Of a stretch of DNA of 64,000 bases, positions 36,309 through 46,061 are shown in pieces. Origin of the DNA: Vicinamibacteria bacterium (GTDB lineage Bacteria > Acidobacteriota > Vicinamibacteria > Vicinamibacterales > JAENWD01); NCBI GenBank assembly GCA_963697705.1, contig CAVOPA010000003.1:832176-896175 (forward strand), in the 5' to 3' direction. The notes under the pieces were generated by a model. It saw nothing but the letters and a program-made list of their open reading frames with translations, was not told where the DNA came from and ran no database searches. The position numbers and the translations under genes were made by a program. Each line of letters begins with the position of its first letter. Within the stretch, counting starts at the first letter, position 1.

Positions 36309-36429
36309 GCTGCTTTCACTATACGCATTGGGCAGATTCGGCGTTCGACATGGCCTCTCCATGGGCGCGGTTTGTCACGCGACGGCCTCTGCCCGTGGAT
36401 TCCGCGGTCGAAGCTCGGACGTCGAAAAT

Positions 36430-37023
36430 TTATTCCGTCTTCCGCACTCCGGCCTCCGAATTTCCCCTGAGCCCCAGTTCGTCGGCGCGCTCCTGCATGA
36501 AGCGAATCACGTTGTCGATGTGCTCGGCGAGGGGCAGACCGAGCTCGTCGGCGCCTCGGCGCAGGTCGTCACGGTTCACTGCACGGGCAAAGGCCTTGTC
36601 CTTCATCCGCTTGATCACCGAGCCGGACTCGAGGTCCATGATGCTTTTGCTCGGCCGCACCAGGGCTGCCGCGGTGACAAAGCCCGCCATCTCGTCACAC
36701 GCGAAGAGCACGTGCTCCAGCCGCGACTCGCGGGGGACGCCGCTGTAGTCGGCGTGCGACAGAATCGCCCGCGTCACCCACGACGGGTAGCCCAGGCGCT
36801 CGAGAATCTCCACACCCCGAAACGGATGGTTCACCGCATCCGGGTACTGCTCGTAATCGAAATCGTGAACGAGCGCCACGAAGCCCCAGGCGTCTTCGTC
36901 TTCGCCGAACATCCGCGCGTATCCCCGCACGGCGGCCTCGACGGCCAGCATGTGCTTGCGAAGGCTCTCGCTCGTCGTGTGGGCGGTCACGAGCGCCCAG
37001 GCGGCTTCACGTGTCAGTACCAT
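36430..37023 (-). CDS. HD/HDIG-domain metal-dependent phosphohydrolase
   Basis: LRKHMLAVEAAVRGYA, ALVHDFDY, ILSHADY. Confidence 0.85.
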   Translation of the reverse strand: MVLTREAAWALVTAHTTSESLRKHMLAVEAAVRGYARMFGEDEDAWGFVALVHDFDYEQYPDAVNHPFRGVEILERLGYPSWVTRAILSHADYSGVPRESRLEHVLFACDEMAGFVTAAALVRPSKSIMDLESGSVIKRMKDKAFARAVNRDDLRRGADELGLPLAEHIDNVIRFMQERADELGLRGNSEAGVRKTE

Positions 37024-37081
37024 CGGGCCCCTCCGCCAGCGTTCCAGGTGCCCCGTGCCGGGCTCCTGATCAGCACACTTT

Positions 37082-38338
37082 CTATCGTAAGAGGTTCAAG
37101 AAACCCGTAATCACGAGCGCGTTCGTGAAGTCGATGAAGAACGCACCAACCATGGGAACGACCAGGAACGCTCGCGGCGCCGGACCGTAACGCTCGACGA
37201 GCGCCTCCATGTTCGCCATCGCATTGGCGGTGGTGCCGAGCATGAACCCGCAGTAGCCGCTCGCGATGACGGCTCCTTCGTAGTCGCGGCCCATCGTGCG
37301 GTACACCGCCCAGATTGCCAGCGCCGCCACGGACACAATCTGCACCCCGAGGATGATCGCGAGCGGCACCGCCACGTGGACGATTTCATAGAGTCGCAGC
37401 GTCATGAGCGCGAGCACGAGAAAGAGCGACAGCGCGACGTTCCCGAGATCGTCCACGATCTGCTGCGGAAGACCTATGATCCCGGTGAGGTCGTCGGCGT
37501 TCCGGATTGCTGCTGCCGCGAGCATCGCGCCGATGTAGGCCGGCAGCGCCAGCCCGACCCCGGCCAGGGTGCGGTTGATCCAGGCGCTGATCAGGCCGCC
37601 GATCCACATGGCCACGAGCATCACCACCAGCGTCTTCAGGATCGCGTACGCCTCTCGATCCTCGCCCTCCGGCACGCGCACGGGCGGAACCGGCATCTGC
37701 TCTTCGACGATACTCTGCGCGGTCACGATCGGCGCCTGGACCGGCACGTGGACAGGCGCCGTCCTGGGCGTCGAGAGCCGCCGGCCGGCGATCAGCCACG
37801 TCGCCACGGGCCCGCCGACGAGACCGCCGGCGACGATCCCCGCCATCGCGGCCGCGAGCGCGAGCGGTCCCGCCGCGGCCACCCCCGCAGCCTCGAACTG
37901 CGGCGCGAAGGCAAGCGCGGTGGCCGGACCGCCCGTCAGCGACACCGAGCCCGCGAGCACCCCCATCAGCACGGGTTGGCCGAGGGCGACCGCAAGGAGC
38001 GCGCCGACGACATTCTGAAACACCGCCGTGACGGTGGCGATGGCAAAGAAGATGAGGACCAGCGGCCCACCCACGCGAAGCAGCGCGAAGCTGGCGCCGA
38101 AGCCGACCGACGTGAAGAACGCAATCATGAGCGGCGGCTGCAGCGTCGTGTCGAACGTGACGACGGTCACGCCGCGGCTCGTAGCAAAGCTGAGGATCGC
38201 AGCGACGAGCAACCCGCCGATGACCGGCGCGGGGATGTTGTATCGCGCGAGCACCGGCACGGCACGACGGATTCCGTAGCCGCCGAAGAGCACGACGCCC
38301 GCGAAGGCGACCGTCTGAATCAGATCGAGAGACAGCAC
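37082..38338 (-). CDS. gltS: Sodium/glutamate symporter
   Basis: GltS-like N-terminus LDLIQTVAFAGVVLFGGYGIRRAVPVLARYNIPAPVIGGLLVA and C-terminus GPAPRAFLVVPMVGAFFIDFTNALVI. Start uncertain (GTG at about 38338 chosen; the track ORF extends to 38533). Confidence 0.8.
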   Translation of the reverse strand: MLSLDLIQTVAFAGVVLFGGYGIRRAVPVLARYNIPAPVIGGLLVAAILSFATSRGVTVVTFDTTLQPPLMIAFFTSVGFGASFALLRVGGPLVLIFFAIATVTAVFQNVVGALLAVALGQPVLMGVLAGSVSLTGGPATALAFAPQFEAAGVAAAGPLALAAAMAGIVAGGLVGGPVATWLIAGRRLSTPRTAPVHVPVQAPIVTAQSIVEEQMPVPPVRVPEGEDREAYAILKTLVVMLVAMWIGGLISAWINRTLAGVGLALPAYIGAMLAAAAIRNADDLTGIIGLPQQIVDDLGNVALSLFLVLALMTLRLYEIVHVAVPLAIILGVQIVSVAALAIWAVYRTMGRDYEGAVIASGYCGFMLGTTANAMANMEALVERYGPAPRAFLVVPMVGAFFIDFTNALVITGFLNLLR

Positions 38339-38496
38339 GACGGGTGGCGGCAGAGTGCTGGTGTCAGCCTTCGGGTACCTTTTCCGGATCGTCAACGCAC
38401 GCGCCCGGCCGATCGCCGACGCGAGCTGTCTTGCGGCCCGTGAACGCGGCAGATATAGTGCGTTCGACCCTGCATCGTATTTCAGAAGGAGCCTGG

Positions 38497-39996
38497 ATGG
38501 CGAATCCGCGCACGGCGGTGGCGAGCGGCGCAACGGCGCTCGACACCGAGTTCAACCGCGGCCTCGGTCTCTATGACGCCACGATGGTGGTGGTAGGGTC
38601 GATGATCGGCTCCGGCATCTTCATCGTGCCAGCAGACATGGCGCGCCAGCTGGGGAGCCCCGGGTGGCTGCTGGTGGCGTGGGTGGTGACCGGTGTGCTC
38701 ACGATTGCGGCGGCGCTGTCGTACGGCGAGCTGGCGGCGATGATGCCCCGTGCCGGCGGTCAGTATGTATACCTGCGCGAGGCGTTCTCGCCGCTGTGGG
38801 GCTTCCTCTACGGCTGGACGCTGTTCCTCATCATCCAGACGGGAACGATCGCCGCCGTTGCCGTCGCGTTCGCGCGCTTCCTCGGCGTGATCTGGCCCGC
38901 CATCGGCGAGGAACACTACATCGTCGCGCCCGTGCACCTGAGCGCCGGGTACGCGGTGTCGCTGTCGACGGCGCAGCTGGTCGGCGTGCTCCTCATCGCC
39001 TTGCTCACGTGGAGCAATACGCGCGGGCTGGAGTACGGAAAGATCGTTCAGAACGTCTTCACGACGGCAAAGACCGGCGCCGTGATCGCGCTCATCGGCC
39101 TCGGGCTCGTGCTGGGGTGGAACGCCACGGCGGTCGATGCGAACTTCGGCGCCTTCTGGACGCCGCGCGGCCAGGTCGACATCGTTCCCGGCCTCTCGGC
39201 ACTCACGGCGTTCGGTCTCTTCGCGGCCATCTGCGTTGCCCAGACCGGGTCGCTCTTCTCGGCCGACTCGTGGCACAACGTGACGTTCACCGCCGGCGAG
39301 GTGAAGGATCCGAGGCGCAATCTGCCGCTCTCGCTTGCGCTTGGCACCGGCATCGTCATCACGCTCTACCTGCTCGCGAACGTGGCCTACATCGTCACGC
39401 TGCCCCTCGAGGCGATTCAGCACGCGCCGTCGGATCGTGTTGCCACTGCCACACTGAACGCGATCTTTCCTGGGCTCGGCGCGACCCTGATGGCGGCCGC
39501 CATCATGATCTCGACTTTCGGGTGCAACAACGGCCTGATCCTGGCTGGCGCGCGAGCCTACTACGCGATGGCGCGCGACGGCCTGTTCTTCAGGCGCGTG
39601 GGGCACTTGAATGCCGCGAAGGTGCCAGCGGCCGGTCTGGTGCTGCAAGGCGTCTGGGCCGCCGTGTTGGTATTGCCTCGCACCTACGACACCGCGACCG
39701 GCAAGTATGGCAACCTGTACGGCAACCTGCTCGACTACGTGATCTCGGCGGCGTTAATCTTCTACATCCTGACCATCGCCGGCGTGTTCAGGCTCCGCCA
39801 CACGCGCCCCAACGCCGATCGGCCGTACCGCGCGTTCGGCTATCCGGTCGTGCCCGCGCTGTACATGCTCGGAGCCAGCGCCATTCTCATCGTGCTCTTC
39901 GTGTACCGCGCATCCACGACCTGGCCCGGACTGCTCATCGTGCTGCTCGGGCTGCCGGTGTACTACGCGTGGCACGGGCGGGAGGAAGGGACGTAA
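38497..39996 (+). CDS. APC-family amino acid permease
   Basis: MANPRTAV...LGLYDATMVVVGSMIGSGIFIVP...YGELAAMMPRAGGQYVYL. About 12 hydrophobic segments. Confidence 0.88.
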   Translation: MANPRTAVASGATALDTEFNRGLGLYDATMVVVGSMIGSGIFIVPADMARQLGSPGWLLVAWVVTGVLTIAAALSYGELAAMMPRAGGQYVYLREAFSPLWGFLYGWTLFLIIQTGTIAAVAVAFARFLGVIWPAIGEEHYIVAPVHLSAGYAVSLSTAQLVGVLLIALLTWSNTRGLEYGKIVQNVFTTAKTGAVIALIGLGLVLGWNATAVDANFGAFWTPRGQVDIVPGLSALTAFGLFAAICVAQTGSLFSADSWHNVTFTAGEVKDPRRNLPLSLALGTGIVITLYLLANVAYIVTLPLEAIQHAPSDRVATATLNAIFPGLGATLMAAAIMISTFGCNNGLILAGARAYYAMARDGLFFRRVGHLNAAKVPAAGLVLQGVWAAVLVLPRTYDTATGKYGNLYGNLLDYVISAALIFYILTIAGVFRLRHTRPNADRPYRAFGYPVVPALYMLGASAILIVLFVYRASTTWPGLLIVLLGLPVYYAWHGREEGT

Positions 39997-40075
39997 TGCA
40001 AAATGCACGATGCACGATGCGACGATGCGACGATGCGACGATGGACAGACTGACATGTCGGATGCGGGATGCCGG
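39995..40075 (+). repeat. Direct octamer/heptamer word tract between convergent genes
   Basis: aatgcaaaatgcacgatgcacgatgcgacgatgcgacgatgcgacgatggacagactgacatgtcggatgcgggatgccgg. Confidence 0.75.
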
Positions 40076-40112
40076 CTCGTAGAAAATTCGGACTGCCGAT
40101 AATTGCCCGCAC

Positions 40113-40913
40113 TCACACCGATTCCGCCGCTCGCCGCGACACGATCGTGGCCAGTCGCCGCGGCAGCAGCCGCAAGAGCACGGGCACCAATCGATTCGTG
40201 GCCCCGGGAATGACGACGGCCTGGCCGGCGAGCATGCCGCGGTAACCCGCCTCCGCTACGTCGACCGCGCTCATGATCGCCCCCTGAAACAGCCGCGATT
40301 TCTGCATCCCCGCCACCCGCTGGAACGCGGTCTCGGTCGGGCCGGGGCAGAGCGCCGTGACGGTGACTCCGGTATCGCGCAGCTCGTCGCCGATCGCCTC
40401 CGAAAACGACAGCACGAATGCTTTCGTGGCGTAGTAGACCGCCATGTTGGGTCCTGGCAGGAAGGCGGCCGTCGAGGCGACGTTCAGCACGCGTCCGCGG
40501 CGGCGATCCAGCATCCCAGGCAGGAACAGCTTGGTCAGCGTCACGAGCGCGCTGATGTTGAGATCGATCATCCGCTGCTCGCTTTCGAGCGGCGTCCCGG
40601 CAAAGAGACCGAAGAGGCCGAAACCCGCGTTGTTCACGAGCACGTCGACCGTGACGCCCGCCGACGCGATCTCCTGCACGAGGTCGTGCGCCCCGCGTGG
40701 AGAGGCGAGGTCGGCTGACACGGCGTGCACGACCGCGCGGTAGGTGGACGACAGCTCGCGCGCCACCTGGTCGAGCGCTGGTTGGCTTCGCGCCGTGATG
40801 ACCAGGTCGTACCCTCCGCGCGCGAGCACGCGAGCGAGCTCGAGACCGATGCCGTTCGACGCGCCCGTGACGAGCGCCCGCTGCCTCGGAGTGGGTGCCG
40901 CCATGTTGCTCAT
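40113..40913 (-). CDS. SDR-family oxidoreductase
   Basis: TGASNGIGLELA, NNAGFG, YYATKAF. The 548-aa track ORF upstream part overlaps the Nudix gene in another frame. Confidence 0.9.
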   Translation of the reverse strand: MSNMAAPTPRQRALVTGASNGIGLELARVLARGGYDLVITARSQPALDQVARELSSTYRAVVHAVSADLASPRGAHDLVQEIASAGVTVDVLVNNAGFGLFGLFAGTPLESEQRMIDLNISALVTLTKLFLPGMLDRRRGRVLNVASTAAFLPGPNMAVYYATKAFVLSFSEAIGDELRDTGVTVTALCPGPTETAFQRVAGMQKSRLFQGAIMSAVDVAEAGYRGMLAGQAVVIPGATNRLVPVLLRLLPRRLATIVSRRAAESV

Positions 40914-41791
40914 TCGAGGGCCGGAGTGAAAGACCGCAAGGCGGAGGTGCTGAACGCCTCGGGGGCCATGCGCAGCCCTCGCTCGGCCACCGCGACCGCT
41001 TTGGCGGTCATACGGTAGCCGGCCAGTTCGCCAGGGGAGGCCAGGACGGCATCGGCAACATCGGAACCGGCGACCAGCCGGCCGCCGATCGGGCGGCACA
41101 GGTAATCGATCAGGACGAAGTGATACCGCACCCGCCCGTCCGGGTCGAGCAGGATGCGGTCGAACACCTCGACGACCGGCCCGACCTCGATCTCGAGCCC
41201 GGTCTCCTCGTGAATCTCGCGCGCGACACCGGTCTCGAGCGTCTCGCCGAGCTCCAGCGTTCCACCTGGCAGGCTCCACTGTCCAGCGAGCGGCTCGAAC
41301 TTGCGCTTGATCAGGACGACGCGGCCCTCCTGCACGATCACCGCCCCGACGCCCACGATCGGCCGTTCGGGGTACCGCCGCGTCGAGGGGCGCAGGGATT
41401 CGGCGAGCGACGCCGCGCCGGACTCCTGCGGCCGGACCACCTGGCGCTGACGCGCGATGCAGCCGTCGACGATCGTGAAGTGATCGTACCCGGTCGCGTC
41501 GAGCACGTCGCCGGTGGCGCGCCTGATCTCGCGGCCCACCCATTCGGTCGCGATGCCCGTTTCGATGCTGCCCATGGTGCGGAGGCGGCACCGCGCGCCG
41601 CCGTCGAGTGCGGGTTCCCAGGCCTTGCAGTGATCGGCAAGCGCCCGTACGATCGCTTCGCGCCCGTGCAGCACACCGGCATCGCGATCCAGCTGCGCAT
41701 CCACGGCGTAGAGGGCCTCGAGCGCCGGCACGTCGCTGCGATTGAATGCCGCGAACCACGCGCGGACGATCGCAAACGGGTCCTCGCTCAC
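40910..41791 (-). CDS. SnoaL/NTF2-like domain fused to a Nudix hydrolase
   Basis: N-terminal [21 protein letters not shown]. Nudix box [28 protein letters not shown] start overlaps the yjbQ-like stop (GTGA). Confidence 0.8.
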   Translation of the reverse strand: MSEDPFAIVRAWFAAFNRSDVPALEALYAVDAQLDRDAGVLHGREAIVRALADHCKAWEPALDGGARCRLRTMGSIETGIATEWVGREIRRATGDVLDATGYDHFTIVDGCIARQRQVVRPQESGAASLAESLRPSTRRYPERPIVGVGAVIVQEGRVVLIKRKFEPLAGQWSLPGGTLELGETLETGVAREIHEETGLEIEVGPVVEVFDRILLDPDGRVRYHFVLIDYLCRPIGGRLVAGSDVADAVLASPGELAGYRMTAKAVAVAERGLRMAPEAFSTSALRSFTPALE

Positions 41792-42204
41792 CGCTCGCCC
41801 ATCACCTTGACGACGACGCGCTTGCGCCGGCGGCCGTCGAACTCGGCATAGAACACCTGCTCCCACGGCCCGAGATCGAGCGCACCGGCCGTGATCGGCA
41901 GGATCACCTGGTGCCCGAGGATCGTGCGCTTCAGGTGCGCATCGGCATTGTCCTCACCTGTTTGATGATGCCGGTAGTCCAGACCGGCCGGCGCCAGCTT
42001 CTCGAGCCACACCTGGATGTCGCTGATCAGCCCGCTCTCCCAGTCGTTCACGTAGACGCCCGCCGTGATGTGCATCGCGGAGACCAGCACCATGCCGTCC
42101 GTGACGCCGCTCGCCTGGACGATGGACGCGACCTCGTCGGTGATGCGCACGATCTCCTGCCGCTTGGTGGTGTTGAACCAGAGGTAATCGGTGTGGACGG
42201 GCAT
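41788..42204 (-). CDS. YjbQ/UPF0047 family protein (secondary thiamine-phosphate synthase-like)
   Basis: [25 protein letters not shown]...[18 protein letters not shown]...[21 protein letters not shown]. Confidence 0.88.
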   Translation of the reverse strand: MPVHTDYLWFNTTKRQEIVRITDEVASIVQASGVTDGMVLVSAMHITAGVYVNDWESGLISDIQVWLEKLAPAGLDYRHHQTGEDNADAHLKRTILGHQVILPITAGALDLGPWEQVFYAEFDGRRRKRVVVKVMGER

Positions 42205-42221
42205 AGGGGATGATACTCGGA

Positions 42222-42375
42222 GGTAAAGGGCCAAGGGCTGGGGCCAGGGGCCAGCGCTTGCGCGCCATGACGATCGCTCCCGCGTTGGCCACGGCCCTCC
42301 TGCGTCTTCGCGTGTCCGCAGCAGCAGCAGCTCGACTGAAGTCTTTAGTCTTGGCCCTCTAGCCCGCAGCCCCTT
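42222..42375. repeat. Weak GGGCCAAGGGC-word palindrome in the tsaD-yjbQ spacer
   Basis: Left gtaaagggccaagggctggggccaggggcc. Right gtctttagtcttggccctctagcccgcagcccctt. Complementary words are present but the register is not collinear. Confidence 0.45.
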
Positions 42376-43508
42376 CAAAGCGCCAGGCTCGCCTCAGCGT
42401 TGAGATCCCAGCCCGCGCGGACGCCGGCGTGGTAGGCACGCAGGCCGGCGGCGGCGATCATCGCCGCGTTGTCGGTCGAGAGCGCCAGGCTCGGGATGAA
42501 CACGGGCAGCCCTTCGCGCGCGCCGCGTGCCAGGGCGTCGGCGCGCAGCCGGCTGTTCGCCGACACGCCGCCGGCGATGCCCACGCTAGCGGCACCGAAA
42601 CCGCGCGCCGCCGCGAACGTGCGATCGAGCAGCGTCTCGACGACGGTTCGCTGGAAACTGGCGCAGAGGTCCGCAACCTGTGCAGGGGTCAGGATTTCGC
42701 CATCAGGGTTGTTGCCCGCCTGAAGGCGGGCACTACCGGGATCACGGCCTCTGCGCTGACCATGCGTCGTCTTGCTCGCGACTCCACCTGGGTCGCGGAC
42801 CACGCGCAGCACCGCGGTCTTGAGGCCGCTGAAGCTGAAATCGAGACGGCCGGGATCATCTGGTGTGCGCCGATCCGCATGGGTGATGCGCATCTGCGGA
42901 AATTCGAAGGCGCGGTCGTTGCCATCGCGGGCGGCCCGATCGATCGCCGGCCCGCCCGGATACCCCAGACCGAGAAGCTTCGCGACCTTGTCGTAGGCTT
43001 CCCCCGCCGCATCATCTCGCGTGCGGCCCAGCGTGCGATAGTCGCCCGGCGCGGTCACTGCGTAGAGGCTCGTGTGCCCACCCGACACAACCAGCACCAC
43101 GGCTGGCAATGGCAGTGGGCCGTTCTGGAGGAAGAGCGACTCGATGTGGCCCGCCAGGTGGTGCACCGGCACCAGCGGCAGCCCGCGGGATGCGGCGAGC
43201 GCCTTCGCGAACGACACGCCGACGAGCAGTGATCCGACCAGCCCCGGCCCGGCGGTGACCGCAATCGCGCCGATGTCGTCCAGCGTCGAGCCCGCCTGCG
43301 CGAGGGCGCTCTCGACCACGCCGCAGATGTCTCGCACGTGCTGTCTCGACGCGATTTCCGGCACGACACCGCCCCACTCGCGGTGGATGTCCGCCTGGGA
43401 CGCGACCACGTTGGACCGCACCATCCAGGGACGTGCAGGGTCGTCCACCTCCTCGACGACCGCCGCCGCCGTCTCATCGCAGGAGGTCTCGATGCCGAGC
43501 ATCCGCAT
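42375..43508 (-). CDS. tsaD: tRNA N6-adenosine threonylcarbamoyltransferase
   Basis: [45 protein letters not shown]. Carries an extra segment containing a REP-like element (see findings). Confidence 0.93.
   Translation of the reverse strand: MRMLGIETSCDETAAAVVEEVDDPARPWMVRSNVVASQADIHREWGGVVPEIASRQHVRDICGVVESALAQAGSTLDDIGAIAVTAGPGLVGSLLVGVSFAKALAASRGLPLVPVHHLAGHIESLFLQNGPLPLPAVVLVVSGGHTSLYAVTAPGDYRTLGRTRDDAAGEAYDKVAKLLGLGYPGGPAIDRAARDGNDRAFEFPQMRITHADRRTPDDPGRLDFSFSGLKTAVLRVVRDPGGVASKTTHGQRRGRDPGSARLQAGNNPDGEILTPAQVADLCASFQRTVVETLLDRTFAAARGFGAASVGIAGGVSANSRLRADALARGAREGLPVFIPSLALSTDNAAMIAAAGLRAYHAGVRAGWDLNAEASLAL
42712..42749 (+). repeat. REP-like hairpin unit (GCACTAC family) inside the tsaD coding sequence
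   Basis: ttGCCCGCCTGAAGGCGGGCACTACcgggatcacggcc. The 23-nt core is identical to the array units at 48466-48570. Confidence 0.85.
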
Positions 43509-43526
43509 GCGAAGGATCGCGCCCGA

Positions 43527-44588
43527 TTAGCTCTGAGCCACCGGGTCAACCGCACAGGCCACGCGCAGGCTCTCCGTGTACGGCGCCCGGAAGATGCCGC
43601 GTTCGGTGATGATCCCCGCGATGAGCCGATGTGGCGTGACGTCGAAGGCCGGATTGCGAATGAGCGCGCCGACGGGCGTGAGCCGCAGGTTTCTGAGGTG
43701 GGTCACCTCCCGCTGGTCGCGCTCCTCGATCGGGATATGCGTGCCGTCGGGCGTAGCCAGGTCGATTGTCGAGACCGGGGCCGCGATGTAGAACGGAATC
43801 TGGTGCTCGTGTGCGAGCACGGCGACGGTGTAGGTGCCGATTTTGTTCGCCGTGTCACCGTTCGCCGCGATGCGATCCGCCCCCACGACGACGACGTCGA
43901 TCTCGCCATCGCGCATCAGCGGTCCCGCCATGCTGTCGGTGATGACCGTCGTCTCGATGCCGTCGCGCAGCAGTTCCCACGCGGTGAGGCGCGCCCCCTG
44001 CAGAAAGGGGCGCGTCTCGTCGGCGAGCACGCACACCCGCTTGCCCTGCTCCACGGCCGCCCGCACGACGCCGAGCGCGCTGCCGTACCCTGCCGTCGCC
44101 AGGGCCCCGGCGTTGCAGTGCGTGAGCACGCGGGCCACGTCCGGAATCACTGCCGCGCCGAACCCGCCGAGCATCCGGCAGCTCGCGACGTCCTCGTCGT
44201 GGATCAGGCGTGCTTCCGTGCGCAGCCGCTCCTGCAGCTGTTCCACCGACTCGCCAGCCTCGACGCCCGCGGCGAAGCTGCGCTTCATGCGATCGATGGC
44301 CCAGAACAGATTGACCGCCGTCGGTCGCGTGGCGGCCATCACGTCGCACATCCGGTAGAACTCGACGGCAAGCTTCTGCGTGCCCGTGGCCTTGCTCTGG
44401 CGCACGCAGAGGGCCAAACCCATCGCCGCGGCCACACCAATCGCCGGCGCGCCGCGAATCACCATCGTCTTGATCGCCTTGGCGACCTCCTGAGCCGTGC
44501 GGCAGCGCACGTAGAGCTCTTCGGCGGGCAGCTTGCGCTGATCCACCATCACGATGGCATCGTCGGTCCACTCGATGGTCGGAAGCAT
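43527..44588 (-). CDS. mtnA: S-methyl-5-thioribose-1-phosphate isomerase
   Basis: [55 protein letters not shown]. Confidence 0.92.
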   Translation of the reverse strand: MLPTIEWTDDAIVMVDQRKLPAEELYVRCRTAQEVAKAIKTMVIRGAPAIGVAAAMGLALCVRQSKATGTQKLAVEFYRMCDVMAATRPTAVNLFWAIDRMKRSFAAGVEAGESVEQLQERLRTEARLIHDEDVASCRMLGGFGAAVIPDVARVLTHCNAGALATAGYGSALGVVRAAVEQGKRVCVLADETRPFLQGARLTAWELLRDGIETTVITDSMAGPLMRDGEIDVVVVGADRIAANGDTANKIGTYTVAVLAHEHQIPFYIAAPVSTIDLATPDGTHIPIEERDQREVTHLRNLRLTPVGALIRNPAFDVTPHRLIAGIITERGIFRAPYTESLRVACAVDPVAQS

Positions 44589-44627
44589 GGGCCGATCATA
44601 CCGAAATGTACCGGCGGCGGAACGGCT

Positions 44628-44740
44628 GTAGTACGGCCTTCAGGCTGGCCCCTGCGTCAATGCCGTCGCCACACGAGCTGACTCGTTACTGTCTGGCCTT
44701 CGCGACTTCGCGACTTCTAGTGCCTGCCTTCGGACTGGCC
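44628..44740 (-). repeat. Two degenerate REP-like units in inverted orientation (cdd-mtnA spacer)
   Basis: gtagtacggccttcaggctggcc (44628-44650) and ctagtgcctgccttcggactggcc (44717-44740), compared with the reverse unit GTAGTGCCCGCCTTCAGGCGGGCC. (cttcgcga) x2 lies between them. Confidence 0.6.
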
Positions 44741-44749
44741 CGTGTTCCC

Positions 44750-45157
44750 TCACCGAGGCTGCGACGAGAGCACTCCCGCATCGAACGGCACGGGGAGCAG
44801 CTCGGACACGCGGTGGCGCCCGGTTTCCTGCGTCAGGTTCGCGAGGATCACTTCGCTGTCGCCGGCGAACTCCCACAGGATCTGCCGGCAGGCGCCACAA
44901 GGCGCCGTCGGCGCCGGCGTGTCGGCGACAATGGCGATGCGGCGGAAGGCCCGGTGTCCGTCGGACACCGCCTTGAAGATCGCGACGCGCTCCGCGCACA
45001 TCGTCAGGCCGTAGCTCGCGTTCTCGATGTTGCAGCCGGTCACGATGGTGCCGTCGGCGGTCTCGAGCGCCGCACCCACCTTGAATCCGGAGAACGGGGC
45101 CACGGCGTGCTCCCTGGCCTGGCGCGCGGCATCGACGAGGAGGTCAGAGTCGGCCAA
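44750..45157 (-). CDS. cdd: Cytidine deaminase
   Basis: FKVGAAL, CAERVAIF, PCGACRQIL. Confidence 0.92.
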   Translation of the reverse strand: MADSDLLVDAARQAREHAVAPFSGFKVGAALETADGTIVTGCNIENASYGLTMCAERVAIFKAVSDGHRAFRRIAIVADTPAPTAPCGACRQILWEFAGDSEVILANLTQETGRHRVSELLPVPFDAGVLSSQPR

Positions 45158-45962
45158 TGGTGTACTCCAGCAGGCGCATGAAATCGGCGGCCACGCGGCG
45201 CGCGGTCCTCATCACCTCGGCGTGATCGAGCGGTTGCGGCAGCACTCCGGCGGCCATGTTGGTGATGCACGAGATGCCGAGCACGTCGAGACCCATGTGG
45301 CGGGCGACGATCGCCTCGGGCACCGTCGACATGCCGACCGCGTCGGCACCGATGGTGCGCAGGTAGCGAATCTCCGCCGGCGTCTCGTAACTGGGACCGT
45401 GCAGCGCCGCATACACGCCATGGGTGATGGTGACCCCGGCATCGGCTGCGGCCGCATCGGCGAGCCGCCGCAGATGGCGGGAGTAGACTTCGCTCATGTC
45501 GGGGAAGCGCGGACCGAAGCGATCCTCGTTCGGTCCGACGAGCGGGTTGGCGCCGATCAGGTTGAGATGATCGTCGATGATCATCAGCCCGCCCTGGGTG
45601 AACGCCGTGTTCACGCCCCCGGCGGCGTTGGTGAGGATCAGAACCTTGACGCCCAGCAGGCCGAGCACGCGGGTCGGGAAGGTGACCGTCCGGAGATCGT
45701 GTCCCTCGTAGAAGTGCGCGCGTCCGGCGAGCACCGCCACCTCGCGCCCGCAGACGCGGCCCAGAACGAGGCTGCCGGCGTGGCCGACGACGGCAGCGGC
45801 AGGCCAGTGCGGGATGTCTCCATACGCGAACTGCCGCGCGCCCTCGACCCGCTCGGCGAAGCTTCCAAGTCCTGAGCCGAGCACGATGGCGACTTCCGGC
45901 GCGTGCCCGCCGTGACCACGCACCCAGGTCGCCGCTTCGGCGACCGCATCGTAGTAGGACAT
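45144..45962 (-). CDS. Purine nucleoside phosphorylase (PNP/MTAP family)
   Basis: VLGSGLGSFA, GRAHFYEGH, LILTNAAGGVN, GMSTVPEAIVARHMG. Start at MSYYD. Confidence 0.9.
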   Translation of the reverse strand: MSYYDAVAEAATWVRGHGGHAPEVAIVLGSGLGSFAERVEGARQFAYGDIPHWPAAAVVGHAGSLVLGRVCGREVAVLAGRAHFYEGHDLRTVTFPTRVLGLLGVKVLILTNAAGGVNTAFTQGGLMIIDDHLNLIGANPLVGPNEDRFGPRFPDMSEVYSRHLRRLADAAAADAGVTITHGVYAALHGPSYETPAEIRYLRTIGADAVGMSTVPEAIVARHMGLDVLGISCITNMAAGVLPQPLDHAEVMRTARRVAADFMRLLEYTIGRL

Positions 45963-46061
45963 GTCAATCGAAGTGTACTCTGGCACCGATACGACGGGGA
46001 GCGCCACGAAGTGCCCGGCCCTCCCACGACGTGGCCGGCGTAACGTCCGCCGAAACTTCCA

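Noticed and set aside
42222-42375. Clean word palindrome in the tsaD-yjbQ spacer
   Set aside because: Complementary GGGCCAAGGGC and GCCCTCTAGCCC words are present, but the arms are not collinear when aligned. It is kept only as a low-confidence repeat feature.
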